Source: Patescibacteria group bacterium (GTDB lineage Bacteria > Patescibacteriota > JACPGU01). Taken from it: a stretch of 64,000 nt of DNA. The notes under the pieces are model-generated. The model was not told where the DNA came from. It saw only the letters and a program-made list of their open reading frames with translations, and did not search any database. The stretch covers positions 338,814 to 402,813 of the forward strand of contig JAKLDG010000001.1 of the NCBI GenBank assembly GCA_022703645.1. Direction: 5' to 3'. This document shows, in pieces, positions 25,048-34,524 of the stretch. A program made the position numbers and the translations under genes. Position 1 is the stretch's first letter. Each line of letters starts with the position of its first letter.

Positions 25048-26397
25048 ATGATTAAAGTATATAATACACTTTCAAGGTCTAAAGAAGAATTCAAACCTAT
25101 CGAAGAAGGTGAAGTTGGCATCTATTCTTGTGGACCTACGGTTTACAACTTTGTTCACATTGGGAACTTAAGAGCATATATTTTTGCTGATATATTGCAC
25201 AGAACTTTCCTTTACAACGGATATAAGGTGAAACACATAATGAATATTACTGATGTTGATGATAAAACGATTCGTGATTCTCGATCCAATGGGTTGACAC
25301 TAAAAGATTTTACAGACAGATATACTACGAGTTTCTTTGAAGATTTAGAAAAATTAAATATTAATAAAGAAGAATATATCTTTCCACGCGCAACTGAAAA
25401 TATTGATGGTATGGTGAAACTAATCAAGAAGCTTTTGGATAAAGGGTTTGCTTATAAAGCAGAAGATGGATCAATATATTTTGCTATTTCGAAATTCAAA
25501 GACTATGGTAAACTGTCCGGTGTCGATTTTGAACGCGACACTAAATCGAGAATATCAAATGATGAATATGCAAAAGATGAGGCGCATGATTTTGCTCTTT
25601 GGAAGGCTTGGGACGAGAAAGATGGGGATGTTTTTTGGGAAACAGATATTGGTAAAGGTAGGCCCGGTTGGCACATAGAGTGTTCAGTAATGTCTGAGGA
25701 TAACCTTGGACAGCCCTTTGATATTCATACTGGTGGAATTGATCTTATATTCCCTCATCATGAGAATGAGATTGCGCAATCTGAAGCTGCTAATGAAAAA
25801 ACTTTTGTAAATTATTGGATGCACAATGAAATGTTAATGGTTGATGGACAAAAGATGAGCAAGTCACTAAAAAACGATTACCGACTGAATGATATTATTG
25901 AAAAAGGTTATGAACCCTTAGTTTTTCGCTATTTAATGCTTTTTACGGGATATAATCAGAAACTTAACTTTACCTGGGATGCTCTAGAAGCGGCAAAAAA
26001 TGGTCTGGGCAATCTAAAAAATAAGATTTTATTATTAGGAAATGATATAGGGGAGGTTAGCGCAAGTCTTGTTGATGATTTCAAAAATGAGATTAACGAT
26101 GATCTTAATACTCCGAAGGCTCTCGCAGTCCTACAGGAAGTCTTGAAATCAGATATTACAAATGCGGATAAGCTCGCAACGGTTCTTGATTTTGATAAAG
26201 TTTTAGGATTACGGCTCGATGAAGTAAAATCAGAAACCATCGATATTCCGGAGGATGTGATTAAATTTGCAGAAGATAGAAAAAATGCTAAACAGGAAAA
26301 AAACTTTGAGCTTGCAGATAGTCTTCGCGCAAAGATAAGCGAAGCCGGATATGAGGTAGAAGATACGAAAGATGGTTATAGGGTTGTGAGAAGATAG
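25048..26397 (+). CDS. cysS: cysteinyl-tRNA synthetase
   Basis: HIGN and KMSKS motifs; CysRS-specific GRPGWHIECS zinc/cysteine-binding region. Confidence 0.9.
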   Translation: MIKVYNTLSRSKEEFKPIEEGEVGIYSCGPTVYNFVHIGNLRAYIFADILHRTFLYNGYKVKHIMNITDVDDKTIRDSRSNGLTLKDFTDRYTTSFFEDLEKLNINKEEYIFPRATENIDGMVKLIKKLLDKGFAYKAEDGSIYFAISKFKDYGKLSGVDFERDTKSRISNDEYAKDEAHDFALWKAWDEKDGDVFWETDIGKGRPGWHIECSVMSEDNLGQPFDIHTGGIDLIFPHHENEIAQSEAANEKTFVNYWMHNEMLMVDGQKMSKSLKNDYRLNDIIEKGYEPLVFRYLMLFTGYNQKLNFTWDALEAAKNGLGNLKNKILLLGNDIGEVSASLVDDFKNEINDDLNTPKALAVLQEVLKSDITNADKLATVLDFDKVLGLRLDEVKSETIDIPEDVIKFAEDRKNAKQEKNFELADSLRAKISEAGYEVEDTKDGYRVVRR

Positions 26398-26464
26398 ATA
26401 CATTTGTAATTTGTCATTCAAATCCATTATGCTATAATCAAGCTATTAGAAATAAACAAAAACT

Positions 26465-26857
26465 ATGCCAACAAAAACCATAAAGAAAAAAAAGAAAGTC
26501 GCCATACTTGAAGATGATAAAATGCTGAATAAATATCTTGCGGCGAGTTTTGCGAAAGAGGGGACTTATGATGTTTGCGCGGCGCTAAATGGGGAAGAGG
26601 GGATAGCGATGATAAAAAAAGAAATGCCTGATCTAGTGCTTTGTGATATCATAATGCCAAAGAAAAACGGTTTTGAGGTTCTTGAAGCGGCAAAAAAAGA
26701 CGCGAAAACGAAAAAAATAATTTTTATAATGTTATCAAATCTTTCCCAAGAATCTGACGTGAAACAAGCAAAAAAAATGGGGGCAAAAGATTTTTGGCTG
26801 AAAGTAGATTTCGATACGGAGGCGATAGTAAAAAAAGTTAAAGATATTTTAAAATAA
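26465..26857 (+). CDS. stand-alone response regulator receiver (CheY-like)
   Basis: EDD acidic pocket, phospho-acceptor LVLCDIIMP, conserved Ser and Lys positions; no output domain. Confidence 0.8.
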   Translation: MPTKTIKKKKKVAILEDDKMLNKYLAASFAKEGTYDVCAALNGEEGIAMIKKEMPDLVLCDIIMPKKNGFEVLEAAKKDAKTKKIIFIMLSNLSQESDVKQAKKMGAKDFWLKVDFDTEAIVKKVKDILK

Positions 26858-26871
26858 CTTTTTTAACTTAA

Positions 26872-26985
26872 ATAAAAAATTAAAAATCAAAGTGCAAAAA
26901 ATTGGGGTTCCTGCGGAATGATATCTAATTTTTAATTTTACATCTGTCATTTTACATTTTGATATTTACATTTTACATTGCATGG
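26872..26985. repeat. AT-rich repeat cluster (AAATTAAAAATCAAAGTG ... TGTCATTTTACATTTTGATATTTACATTTTACATT) upstream of pilB
   Basis: Same family as 24526-24560 and 24921-24985. Confidence 0.55.
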
Positions 26986-27020
26986 GATAATTATTAAAAT
27001 AAAAACAAAACTTTTTAATC

Positions 27021-28724
27021 ATGTTAATTGACGAGAAAAAACTAAAATCTATTCTAATAGACGCTGGAATAGTTGACGAGGCTGCTTGGGAAGATGTGAT
27101 AAAAAACGCTCACAGATTGGAGGTCTCTCCTGAAGATATACTCCGTCAGAAAGACATTATTTCCGGTCATCTTTATTATGAAATATTGGCGAAAGGCTTG
27201 GGAGTAAAATACGTAAACTTGAAGCGCCTCGAGGTTGATGAAGGAGTTCTCGATATTTTCAATGGCGACACTGTTAATAAGTACGGCGCTATTCCATTCG
27301 AGATTTCAAAAGAAAAAGGCTTGGGCAGAGCAAAACTGAAGGTTGCTTTTACCAAACAATGGGACAAGCAGATCTTAAGAACTTTGCAAATTAAAGCAAA
27401 AAGAAAAATCGAGCCTTATTTGACAGACGATATCAGTTTCCGCTCAATATTTGTTTATTACAAAAAAGAAGTCGCCGAAAAACTGAAAGTTCTTATTGAT
27501 AAAAAATCTCACGATCATACACAGTGCGAGGACTGTTTTGATCTTCTTATGGAATACTGCTACTACACCAGACCTTCCGACATTCATGTCGAAGAATTTG
27601 CAAATAGCGGTGTGGTAAAATTCCGTATCGACGGTTTTCTCCATGATGAATTTGAAATGGCGCCGCAATTGATTCAAAAGCTGGTTGAGATAATCAAAAA
27701 ATCTTCTGAAACCACTACCGACGAAGACAATCAAACTGACGACGGAAGATTTAGCGTAGAGGTATTCGATGAAGAATTAGCTTTCCGTGTTTCAATAATA
27801 CCGACTTATTTTGGTGAAAAAGTTTGTCTCAGAGTTCTTGATGATTCCAAACAAAAATTATCTTTGCACGATCTGGGTTTCAACGACTCGGATATTGTGA
27901 TGCTGAAAAAAGAATTCGAAAAACCTTATGGACTAATATTAATCAATGGTCCAACCGGCAGCGGCAAATCTACGACACTTTATTCTGTTTTGAAATTTTT
28001 GAATATTGAAGGCACCAGTATTGCGACAATCGAGGATCCGGTGGAATATCCGATCAAGCATATTAATCAAAGCCAAGTGGATGAGGAAAATGGGTTTACC
28101 TTTTCGCGAGGGTTGAAAGAGCTTCTACGCCAAGATCCTGATATTGTGGTGATTGGCGAAATACGCGACAATGAGACTGCTAGCATCGCCGTAAACGCCG
28201 CTCTGACGGGTCATATAGTGCTATCAACTATTCATTCGAATACTGCCGTAGGGACGATTTCAAGACTGGAGAATATGGGAATTCCAAACTATCTTCTATC
28301 CCCAACGCTCGACTTGGCGATTTCGCAAAGATTGATAAAGAAAATGTGTATTTATTGCCGGGAAAGTTTCACACCGGAGAAAAAATACCTTGATAAATTG
28401 GATCGCGATGTTGGGGTTTACGCATCTCTCGCAAAACTGAAAAAAATGGGGCTGATTAGTTATAAAACCTACAAAGACATTATTTTATTCAAAAACCATG
28501 GCTGTCCAAGATGCGGGGGCAAAGGTTTTACCGGTAGAATCGGTGTATTTGAAATTTTGAATAGCAACAAAGACATTCAAGAAATGATTTTGACCGGTAA
28601 AAGTGAATCACAGATCGCAAAACATGCCGAAAGCCAAGGAATGCTGACGATGTTTGAAGATGGACTTTTGAAGGCTCTAAACGGCATGACAACGATTGAA
28701 GCAGTAATAGATGTGGTCAGGTAA
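27021..28724 (+). CDS. type IV pilus / type II secretion assembly ATPase (PilB/GspE family)
   Basis: Walker A GPTGSGKST; GEIRD; His-box LSTIHSN; tetracysteine CPRCGGKGFTGRIGVFE; N-terminal GSPII_E_N-like domain. Confidence 0.9.
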   Translation: MLIDEKKLKSILIDAGIVDEAAWEDVIKNAHRLEVSPEDILRQKDIISGHLYYEILAKGLGVKYVNLKRLEVDEGVLDIFNGDTVNKYGAIPFEISKEKGLGRAKLKVAFTKQWDKQILRTLQIKAKRKIEPYLTDDISFRSIFVYYKKEVAEKLKVLIDKKSHDHTQCEDCFDLLMEYCYYTRPSDIHVEEFANSGVVKFRIDGFLHDEFEMAPQLIQKLVEIIKKSSETTTDEDNQTDDGRFSVEVFDEELAFRVSIIPTYFGEKVCLRVLDDSKQKLSLHDLGFNDSDIVMLKKEFEKPYGLILINGPTGSGKSTTLYSVLKFLNIEGTSIATIEDPVEYPIKHINQSQVDEENGFTFSRGLKELLRQDPDIVVIGEIRDNETASIAVNAALTGHIVLSTIHSNTAVGTISRLENMGIPNYLLSPTLDLAISQRLIKKMCIYCRESFTPEKKYLDKLDRDVGVYASLAKLKKMGLISYKTYKDIILFKNHGCPRCGGKGFTGRIGVFEILNSNKDIQEMILTGKSESQIAKHAESQGMLTMFEDGLLKALNGMTTIEAVIDVVR

Positions 28725-28897
28725 GGGTCCAATTTTTAATTTTATAATTTTTAATTTTTAAAATTGTCTAAAAAAACACGTACCAAAACCAAAACTTCAA
28801 CCATAACTGGTGTTCAAATGGGGCTTCTCATTTCGACTATTTTTATTATAGTTGGACTTTTTTATGCTGTTTTTAGCTTTTTTCAATAAAATAACAG

Positions 28898-29383
28898 CTA
28901 ATTTAGAAATATTAGAGCTATATTAATCATGATCTCGTAAATAATAACTATCAGATAGGGGACTAAAAGCAGTTCTGCTATTTCTGATATTTTTGAAAAT
29001 TTATATATAGTTAACGCGATAAAAACCAATAAAAGAATTAGGATAATTAAGCTCGCTCCCAAGGATCCTGCGACAAATAGTGATAGCGCAACCATCATAT
29101 TCAGAACGAACTGAGCTATGAAATATGGCATTGCATGAGAAATCTCTTTTGATTTATGATTTTGAACTAAAACAAAAAACAGAGACAGTCCCATCATTAT
29201 GTATATCACAACCCAGATGGAACTCAACGCCCAAGCAGGAGGCATAAAAAATGGCGTATTAGTCTCAGCATACCAGGCGGCTCTATGCGGAATAGCAAAG
29301 ACCGCGCCAAAAAAGGCTGGTATTTGGCATATCAGCATGCTCGAGAGTAATTTTGTACCAATCATTAGCCGGCTATTTTCCAT
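28898..29383 (-). CDS. TspO/MBR family tryptophan-rich sensory protein
   Basis: Five-TM protein with PPAWALSSIWVVIYIMMG; TspO-like. Confidence 0.7.
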   Translation of the reverse strand: MENSRLMIGTKLLSSMLICQIPAFFGAVFAIPHRAAWYAETNTPFFMPPAWALSSIWVVIYIMMGLSLFFVLVQNHKSKEISHAMPYFIAQFVLNMMVALSLFVAGSLGASLIILILLLVFIALTIYKFSKISEIAELLLVPYLIVIIYEIMINIALIFLN

Positions 29384-29422
29384 GTTCTGAAATATTACTG
29401 CTAATTAAACGAAAAGAAGACC

Positions 29423-29647
29423 TCATAAATCGAGGTCTTCTTCGTTGAATTTTAGTTGGAATGAACCTTCTTTTATAATTCTGCCACCGCCGTTTATGCC
29501 ACGAACTAATGTCGCATCATTTAGTTCGATATCGAATTGTTTGGGAGTCCAAGGATGATCTTCCCCAGTTAATTCAAGCGCAGCCTTCTTAATTGCTTCC
29601 CACCCAGGTTGAAATTCATCTTCTTTTTGGGTGTTAGTGTTTTTCAT
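29423..29647 (-). CDS. small hypothetical protein
   Basis: 74 aa; sits downstream of the PspC/LiaF-like pair. Confidence 0.35.
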   Translation of the reverse strand: MKNTNTQKEDEFQPGWEAIKKAALELTGEDHPWTPKQFDIELNDATLVRGINGGGRIIKEGSFQLKFNEEDLDL

Positions 29648-29668
29648 AGGCGTTCCTCCTAATTTTTT

Positions 29669-30085
29669 TTAACTCTTTGTTACCGGTCCATTTTGCAACT
29701 CAAATGGTAAAAATTCCTGTCCAAAAGGATCATTGTTACCAACTGATCCATTCAACCTCATATCTTGATTAATAGGCTTTTGCTCTCCAATAGTTACAGC
29801 GCCGCTTTTGATAACCATAAAGGCTATTGCGGCAATAACCATCAGAAGCACTACAAAACTTGCGATATTCGCCAAGATATTTTTGAATTTCAGCATTGAT
29901 AATCCCAAAAAAACGATCAGAATTGGCCAGAGCTTCCACCATTGGATATCGATATTGAGACTTAGCAAACCGGTGTTTTGTCCTAAAAGTATTAAACCGA
30001 TACCAATAATTAGGATACCGATCAACCATCTATTTGGTGAAAACCCACGATCATGATTACAATTTTCGTTGCATTGATGAGTCAT
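29669..30085 (-). CDS. LiaF/LiaI-like transmembrane protein
   Basis: TM pattern RWLIGILIIGIGLILLGQNTGLL ... WPILIVFLGLSML, as in PspC-associated LiaF-family proteins. Confidence 0.5.
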   Translation of the reverse strand: MTHQCNENCNHDRGFSPNRWLIGILIIGIGLILLGQNTGLLSLNIDIQWWKLWPILIVFLGLSMLKFKNILANIASFVVLLMVIAAIAFMVIKSGAVTIGEQKPINQDMRLNGSVGNNDPFGQEFLPFELQNGPVTKS

Positions 30086-30089
30086 TTTT

Positions 30090-30548
30090 TTATTTTTTAA
30101 AAATAATTGCTACGCCTAATAAAATAATAATCAATGGAAGGAAGATATCCCAAATATTCCAATTAAGAAATTGCTGAAGGAGCAATCCCACACCAATAAA
30201 AATCAGTATAACTGCCACAATATTGCGAGTCTTGGAATAATCTATCTCGCGGTTTTGGGTTTTGATTTCTTTTGCTATATCATTCACTTTGTCTTTTACA
30301 TCCTGCCCAAAATCCTTCAGCTTTTCTTTGATTTCCGGTTCTTTCGCATCAACAGCATCTTCTTCCGGTACAAAAATCGCTAAAAGAATATAAATAATAA
30401 TTCCAACGCCACTAAATAATATTAATAAAACAAAAATGACACGAACCAAAGTTGAGTCCATGTCAAAAAATTCGGCTAATCCTCCGCAAACGCCTAAAAA
30501 AATTCGGTCTTTTTTACTGCGAAATAAAGTTTTCGATTCTTTTTTCAT
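30090..30548 (-). CDS. PspC-domain membrane protein
   Basis: RIFLGVCGGLAEFFDMDSTLVRVIFVL matches the PspC domain consensus. Confidence 0.75.
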   Translation of the reverse strand: MKKESKTLFRSKKDRIFLGVCGGLAEFFDMDSTLVRVIFVLLILFSGVGIIIYILLAIFVPEEDAVDAKEPEIKEKLKDFGQDVKDKVNDIAKEIKTQNREIDYSKTRNIVAVILIFIGVGLLLQQFLNWNIWDIFLPLIIILLGVAIIFKK

Positions 30549-30575
30549 AGTTTTATTATTATATCATAAAAACAT

Positions 30576-30685
30576 ATCAAAATGCAAATATCAAAGTGTA
30601 AAATGACAAATTAAAATTAAAAATGTATAATATGCCAAAGGCATACCAAAATTTTACATTTTGATTTTTAAATTTTAAATTTATC
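30576..30685. repeat. palindromic AT-rich repeat unit (GTGTAAAATGACAAATTAAAATTAAAAATG ... CAAAATTTTACATTTTGATTTTTAAATTTT) with a central tatgcc-aaa-ggcata hairpin
   Basis: Both arms match the AAAATGTAAAATGACA family. Lies between divergent genes (the PspC-domain gene and xth). Confidence 0.55.
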
Positions 30686-31450
30686 ATGAAGATTATTTCT
30701 TTCAATATTAACGGCATCAACTCGGCCATCAAATATGGTTTGCGGGATTTTATATCTCTAGAAAATGCCGATATCTACTTGTTCCAAGAAGTAAAAAATT
30801 CCTGGGATACTATTGATGACTCTTTGCGGAAAATTCCGGGTTACGAAACATATTTTTACCAAGCAGCAAAAAAAGGATATTCCGGACTTCTTGCATACGT
30901 GAAAACGAAGAACAAACCAATCGGATACAAGGAGGGTATAGGGTTTAGGGTTATAGACGAACAAGCGAGAGTGCAGACATTAGAATTCCAGGATTATTAT
31001 TTAGTTAATACCTATCTACCACATTCAGGAAGGGAACTTGAGAAACTTCCATTCAAACGTGAAGTAAACGAAAAATTCCTCGAATACTGTGAGTCTTTGA
31101 AAAAGAAAAAGCCACTTATAATTGCAGGGGATCTGAATGTTGCGCACAAAGATATTGATCTCGCCAATCCTCGCGCCAATATGGGAAACGCCGGATTTAC
31201 GACGGATGAGAGAGATTTTTTCGATAAATTCTTATCCCACGGATATATCGATACATTCCGCGAATTTGTAAAAGAAAATGGCCACTATACCTGGTGGAGC
31301 TGGCGGACAGGGGTACGCGAAAGAAATATCGGTTGGCGCATTGATTATTTTCTCGTCTCTGAAAATATTTCAAAACGAGTGAAAAAGAGTTGGATTCTGA
31401 AAGACATTCTCGGATCCGATCATTGCCCGATAGGATTAGAAATCCTGTAG
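30686..31450 (+). CDS. xth: exodeoxyribonuclease III (AP endonuclease)
   Basis: ISFNINGI; YTWWSWRTG ... WRIDYFLVS; GSDHCPI. The stop codon TAG lies inside a CTGTAGGGGC REP-like terminus. Confidence 0.9.
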   Translation: MKIISFNINGINSAIKYGLRDFISLENADIYLFQEVKNSWDTIDDSLRKIPGYETYFYQAAKKGYSGLLAYVKTKNKPIGYKEGIGFRVIDEQARVQTLEFQDYYLVNTYLPHSGRELEKLPFKREVNEKFLEYCESLKKKKPLIIAGDLNVAHKDIDLANPRANMGNAGFTTDERDFFDKFLSHGYIDTFREFVKENGHYTWWSWRTGVRERNIGWRIDYFLVSENISKRVKKSWILKDILGSDHCPIGLEIL

Positions 31451-31500
31451 GGGCGCAAAATTTTAAGCCCTTTTTTTGGGGCGTTATGTGTAGCATTCCT
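31445..31500. repeat. degenerate REPIN-like element (CTGTAGGGGC-gcaaaattttaa-gccc-ttttttt-ggggcg...) at the 3' end of xth
   Basis: Shares the 10-bp 5' terminus and T-rich spacer with the elements at 6824 and 14561; the 3' half has decayed. Confidence 0.45.
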
Positions 31501-31626
31501 ACAAAACCGTTCTTTCTTTGGCTTTTATAACGTAAAATTAACCATGCGCTTTATATTGGACTTTTTTTAAATTTAGCATAGAATAGGAGATAAGAAAACA
31601 AAAAAGCAATAAATCAATAAATCAAA

Positions 31627-33006
31627 ATGTCTATGCCTAAAACGAATTTGAAATTTGTTTGTAATAATTGCGGGGCGGAGTTCCTTCGCTGGCAGGGGAA
31701 ATGCTCAGCATGTAATGAATGGGAAACCCTCGAAGAAATTAAAATTTCTTCTCGAGTTCAAAGTTCAAAGTTAAAAGTTCAAAGTGGCGGTGTTGCTGCG
31801 CAACTTATTTCTTTAGATAAAGTTGATAGTAAAAATTTTGAAAGAATCAAAACTAATATAAGTGAATTTGACCGCGTGCTTGGCGGGGGGATCGTACTCG
31901 GTTCGCTGGTTCTCTTAGGTGGAGATCCGGGGATAGGAAAGAGTACTTTGCTTCTCCAATCTCTCGTTGGAATTTCACAAAATAAAAGTCTGACGAAAAT
32001 TCTTTACGTCAGCGGCGAAGAATCAGCGCAACAAATAAAGCTTCGCGCGGAAAGACTGAAAATTAAAAATGAAAAGATATTTCTGCTTGCTGAAAGCGAT
32101 CTGGAATCAATCCTTGCAACTATTGAAATGGAAAAACCAAACCTGGTTATTATTGATTCTATTCAAACCGTATATTCCGATCAAATTGCTTCCGCGTCAG
32201 GCAGTATAGTACAGGTGAAAAACGCTACCGAGTCCCTGATGCGCGTTGCAAAAGCCACGAATGTGCCGATTTTTATTATCGGACATGTGACAAAAGATGG
32301 GGGGATAGCGGGTCCAAAAACGCTTGAGCATCTTGTTGATGTTGTTCTTTACCTCGAAGGAGACCGCTATCAATCTTTCCGAATCCTGCGCGGGATAAAA
32401 AATAGATTTGGCAAAACTTCCGAGGTTGGAATATTTGAAATGGAAGAAAATGGCATGACTGAAGTTGCAAATCCTTCAAAGGTTTTTCTCGAAGAACGTC
32501 TTGAAGGGGCGAGCGGTGTTGCAGTTAGTTCGATTATCGAGGGTAACCGTCCGTTTCTGGTTGAAATTCAAGCATTGTGTTCCAAGAGTTATTTTGGTTA
32601 TCCAAAAAGAACGTCTTCAGGAATCGATTTAAATAGATTGAATTTGTTAATTGCAATTATTGAAAAACGCGTGGGTGTGGATATGAGTCAATTTGATTGC
32701 TATCTCAATGTTGTTGGAGGCATCAGAATTCGTGAAAATTCAGTTGACTTGGCAGCTGCTTTATCGATAATTTCGGCGGCAAAAAACAAGCCAATAGACG
32801 ACCACACAGCCATTTTCGGAGAACTCGGGCTTTCGGGCGAAATTCGCTCTATTCCAAATCTGGAAAAAAGAATCGAGGAGGCAATCCGCATGGGGTTTGA
32901 CAAAATAGTCATTCCGAAGCAAAATAGTCAAAGCAAATTGAAGCCTGTGGGAAAAGTGAAATTTATTGAAGTAAGAACGCTAAAAGAGTCAATGGGAAGG
33001 GTATAG
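31627..33006 (+). CDS. radA: DNA repair protein RadA/Sms
   Basis: N-terminal C4 zinc finger; Walker A GDPGIGKST; KNRFG motif; C-terminal Lon-like domain. Confidence 0.9.
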   Translation: MSMPKTNLKFVCNNCGAEFLRWQGKCSACNEWETLEEIKISSRVQSSKLKVQSGGVAAQLISLDKVDSKNFERIKTNISEFDRVLGGGIVLGSLVLLGGDPGIGKSTLLLQSLVGISQNKSLTKILYVSGEESAQQIKLRAERLKIKNEKIFLLAESDLESILATIEMEKPNLVIIDSIQTVYSDQIASASGSIVQVKNATESLMRVAKATNVPIFIIGHVTKDGGIAGPKTLEHLVDVVLYLEGDRYQSFRILRGIKNRFGKTSEVGIFEMEENGMTEVANPSKVFLEERLEGASGVAVSSIIEGNRPFLVEIQALCSKSYFGYPKRTSSGIDLNRLNLLIAIIEKRVGVDMSQFDCYLNVVGGIRIRENSVDLAAALSIISAAKNKPIDDHTAIFGELGLSGEIRSIPNLEKRIEEAIRMGFDKIVIPKQNSQSKLKPVGKVKFIEVRTLKESMGRV

Positions 33007-33025
33007 GGGATAGGGTTTAGAAAAT

Positions 33026-33343
33026 ATGGACAAAATTAGTTTTCCAATAATAATTATTATTACAACGATAGTTTCCTATATATTTATTAGGAAATATTTT
33101 AAGATGAACCCAAAATACCTTACTTACGCTGTAATTGGAATTTTCTTCGGGCTCATCTTTGGCCTGACTGTCGGCTGGCCTGCTCCCGCAATACTTGGCG
33201 CTTATGGAATGGTGATAGCGCCATATATAATGGGGATTGTTTTGATGGGTTTTGTAGAATTTTTTATAATTGATGGTGGTGGAATATTAAAATATCTTAA
33301 AAAGAAAATAGCTTCAAATGATCACAATTCTTTAATAGTTTAA
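33026..33343 (+). CDS. small hypothetical membrane protein
   Basis: Three predicted TM helices. Confidence 0.4.
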   Translation: MDKISFPIIIIITTIVSYIFIRKYFKMNPKYLTYAVIGIFFGLIFGLTVGWPAPAILGAYGMVIAPYIMGIVLMGFVEFFIIDGGGILKYLKKKIASNDHNSLIV

Positions 33344-33361
33344 TAATAATAAATATAAAAA

Positions 33362-33838
33362 ATGAAAACAAAAACACATTATTGGGCGGTTCCTTTGGCT
33401 GTCATAGCCGTAGCAGTGCTGGGCTCACTGGCAACGAATGTTGGAATGAGCTGGTATTATTCACTAAATACTCCGGACTTAACGCCACCGGGAAGCTTTA
33501 TCGGCACAATGTGGACGATAATTTTTACGCTTTCCACTATCGCGCTGATTCTTTTTTATAACTCCAAAACGCTATCCAAAGACAAAAACAAAGCATTATA
33601 TTCGGATGCCTTTATTACCAATGCCGTTTTGAATGTATTATGGAGTGTGCTTTTCTTTGGTCTTAATTCACCATTCATGGGGCTGGTTTGTATCCTGTTA
33701 TTAGAAGCTTCAAATATTTGGATAGAGGTGATATTATGGAAAAAGAATAAAATTGCTTTCGCGCTTTGGTTGGTTTATACCGCATGGGTGTTAGTAGCGA
33801 CTTATTTCAATTTTATGATATGGATACTAAATAAATAA
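33362..33838 (+). CDS. TspO/MBR family protein (second paralog)
   Basis: [25 protein letters not shown] ... [11 protein letters not shown]; same family as 28898-29383. Confidence 0.7.
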   Translation: MKTKTHYWAVPLAVIAVAVLGSLATNVGMSWYYSLNTPDLTPPGSFIGTMWTIIFTLSTIALILFYNSKTLSKDKNKALYSDAFITNAVLNVLWSVLFFGLNSPFMGLVCILLLEASNIWIEVILWKKNKIAFALWLVYTAWVLVATYFNFMIWILNK

Positions 33839-33857
33839 TACCATTAAATTTAACTGT

Positions 33858-34400
33858 ATGTCTAAAACTCTCGCAATCATTTTCGTGCTAATAATTGGCG
33901 CCGGAATTATCATCGGCTACTTAGCTCTGAATAGTAAAAAAGTTCCTGAAGTAAAAAAAGAAGCAGTAAACAATACTGTTGCTTTGAACCCTGTTGAAGA
34001 AGAGGAACCAACTGATGATACTACAGTAGAAGAAGAGACTGCAACGACTGATTCTGATACCGCAGCAGAAGCAACGGAATTAAAAATCGAGGTGTTGAAA
34101 CAAGGGACAGGGGATGAAGTTACAAAGGTTGGCGACGGTGTCAGCGTTAATTATACCGGCACACTGGTTGATGGAACAAAATTCGATTCTTCTTATGATC
34201 GTGGAACGCCATTCAAATTCGATCTTGGGGCTGGACAGGTAATAAAAGGCTGGGACCAAGGGTTGATCGGTATGAAAGTAGGGGAGATAAGAAAACTTAC
34301 AATACCGCCTTCACTTGGTTATGGTGCAACTGGAGCAGGAAGCAAAATCCCACCAAACGCCACTTTAATATTCGAAGTTGAATTGATGGAGATAATTTAG
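33858..34400 (+). CDS. FKBP-type peptidyl-prolyl cis-trans isomerase, membrane-anchored
   Basis: [38 protein letters not shown] ... LIFEVEL; N-terminal TM and acidic linker. Terminator at 34424-34460. Confidence 0.85.
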   Translation: MSKTLAIIFVLIIGAGIIIGYLALNSKKVPEVKKEAVNNTVALNPVEEEEPTDDTTVEEETATTDSDTAAEATELKIEVLKQGTGDEVTKVGDGVSVNYTGTLVDGTKFDSSYDRGTPFKFDLGAGQVIKGWDQGLIGMKVGEIRKLTIPPSLGYGATGAGSKIPPNATLIFEVELMEII

Positions 34401-34524
34401 GAAAGAATTATATAAATATACCGGAGAAAGTCAATATTTCTATTGACTTTCTTTTTAATTTATGTTAGAATTATTCTATTCGCATATTGTGCGCGAACAT
34501 TAAATTTTATAGAAAAAGGAGAAA

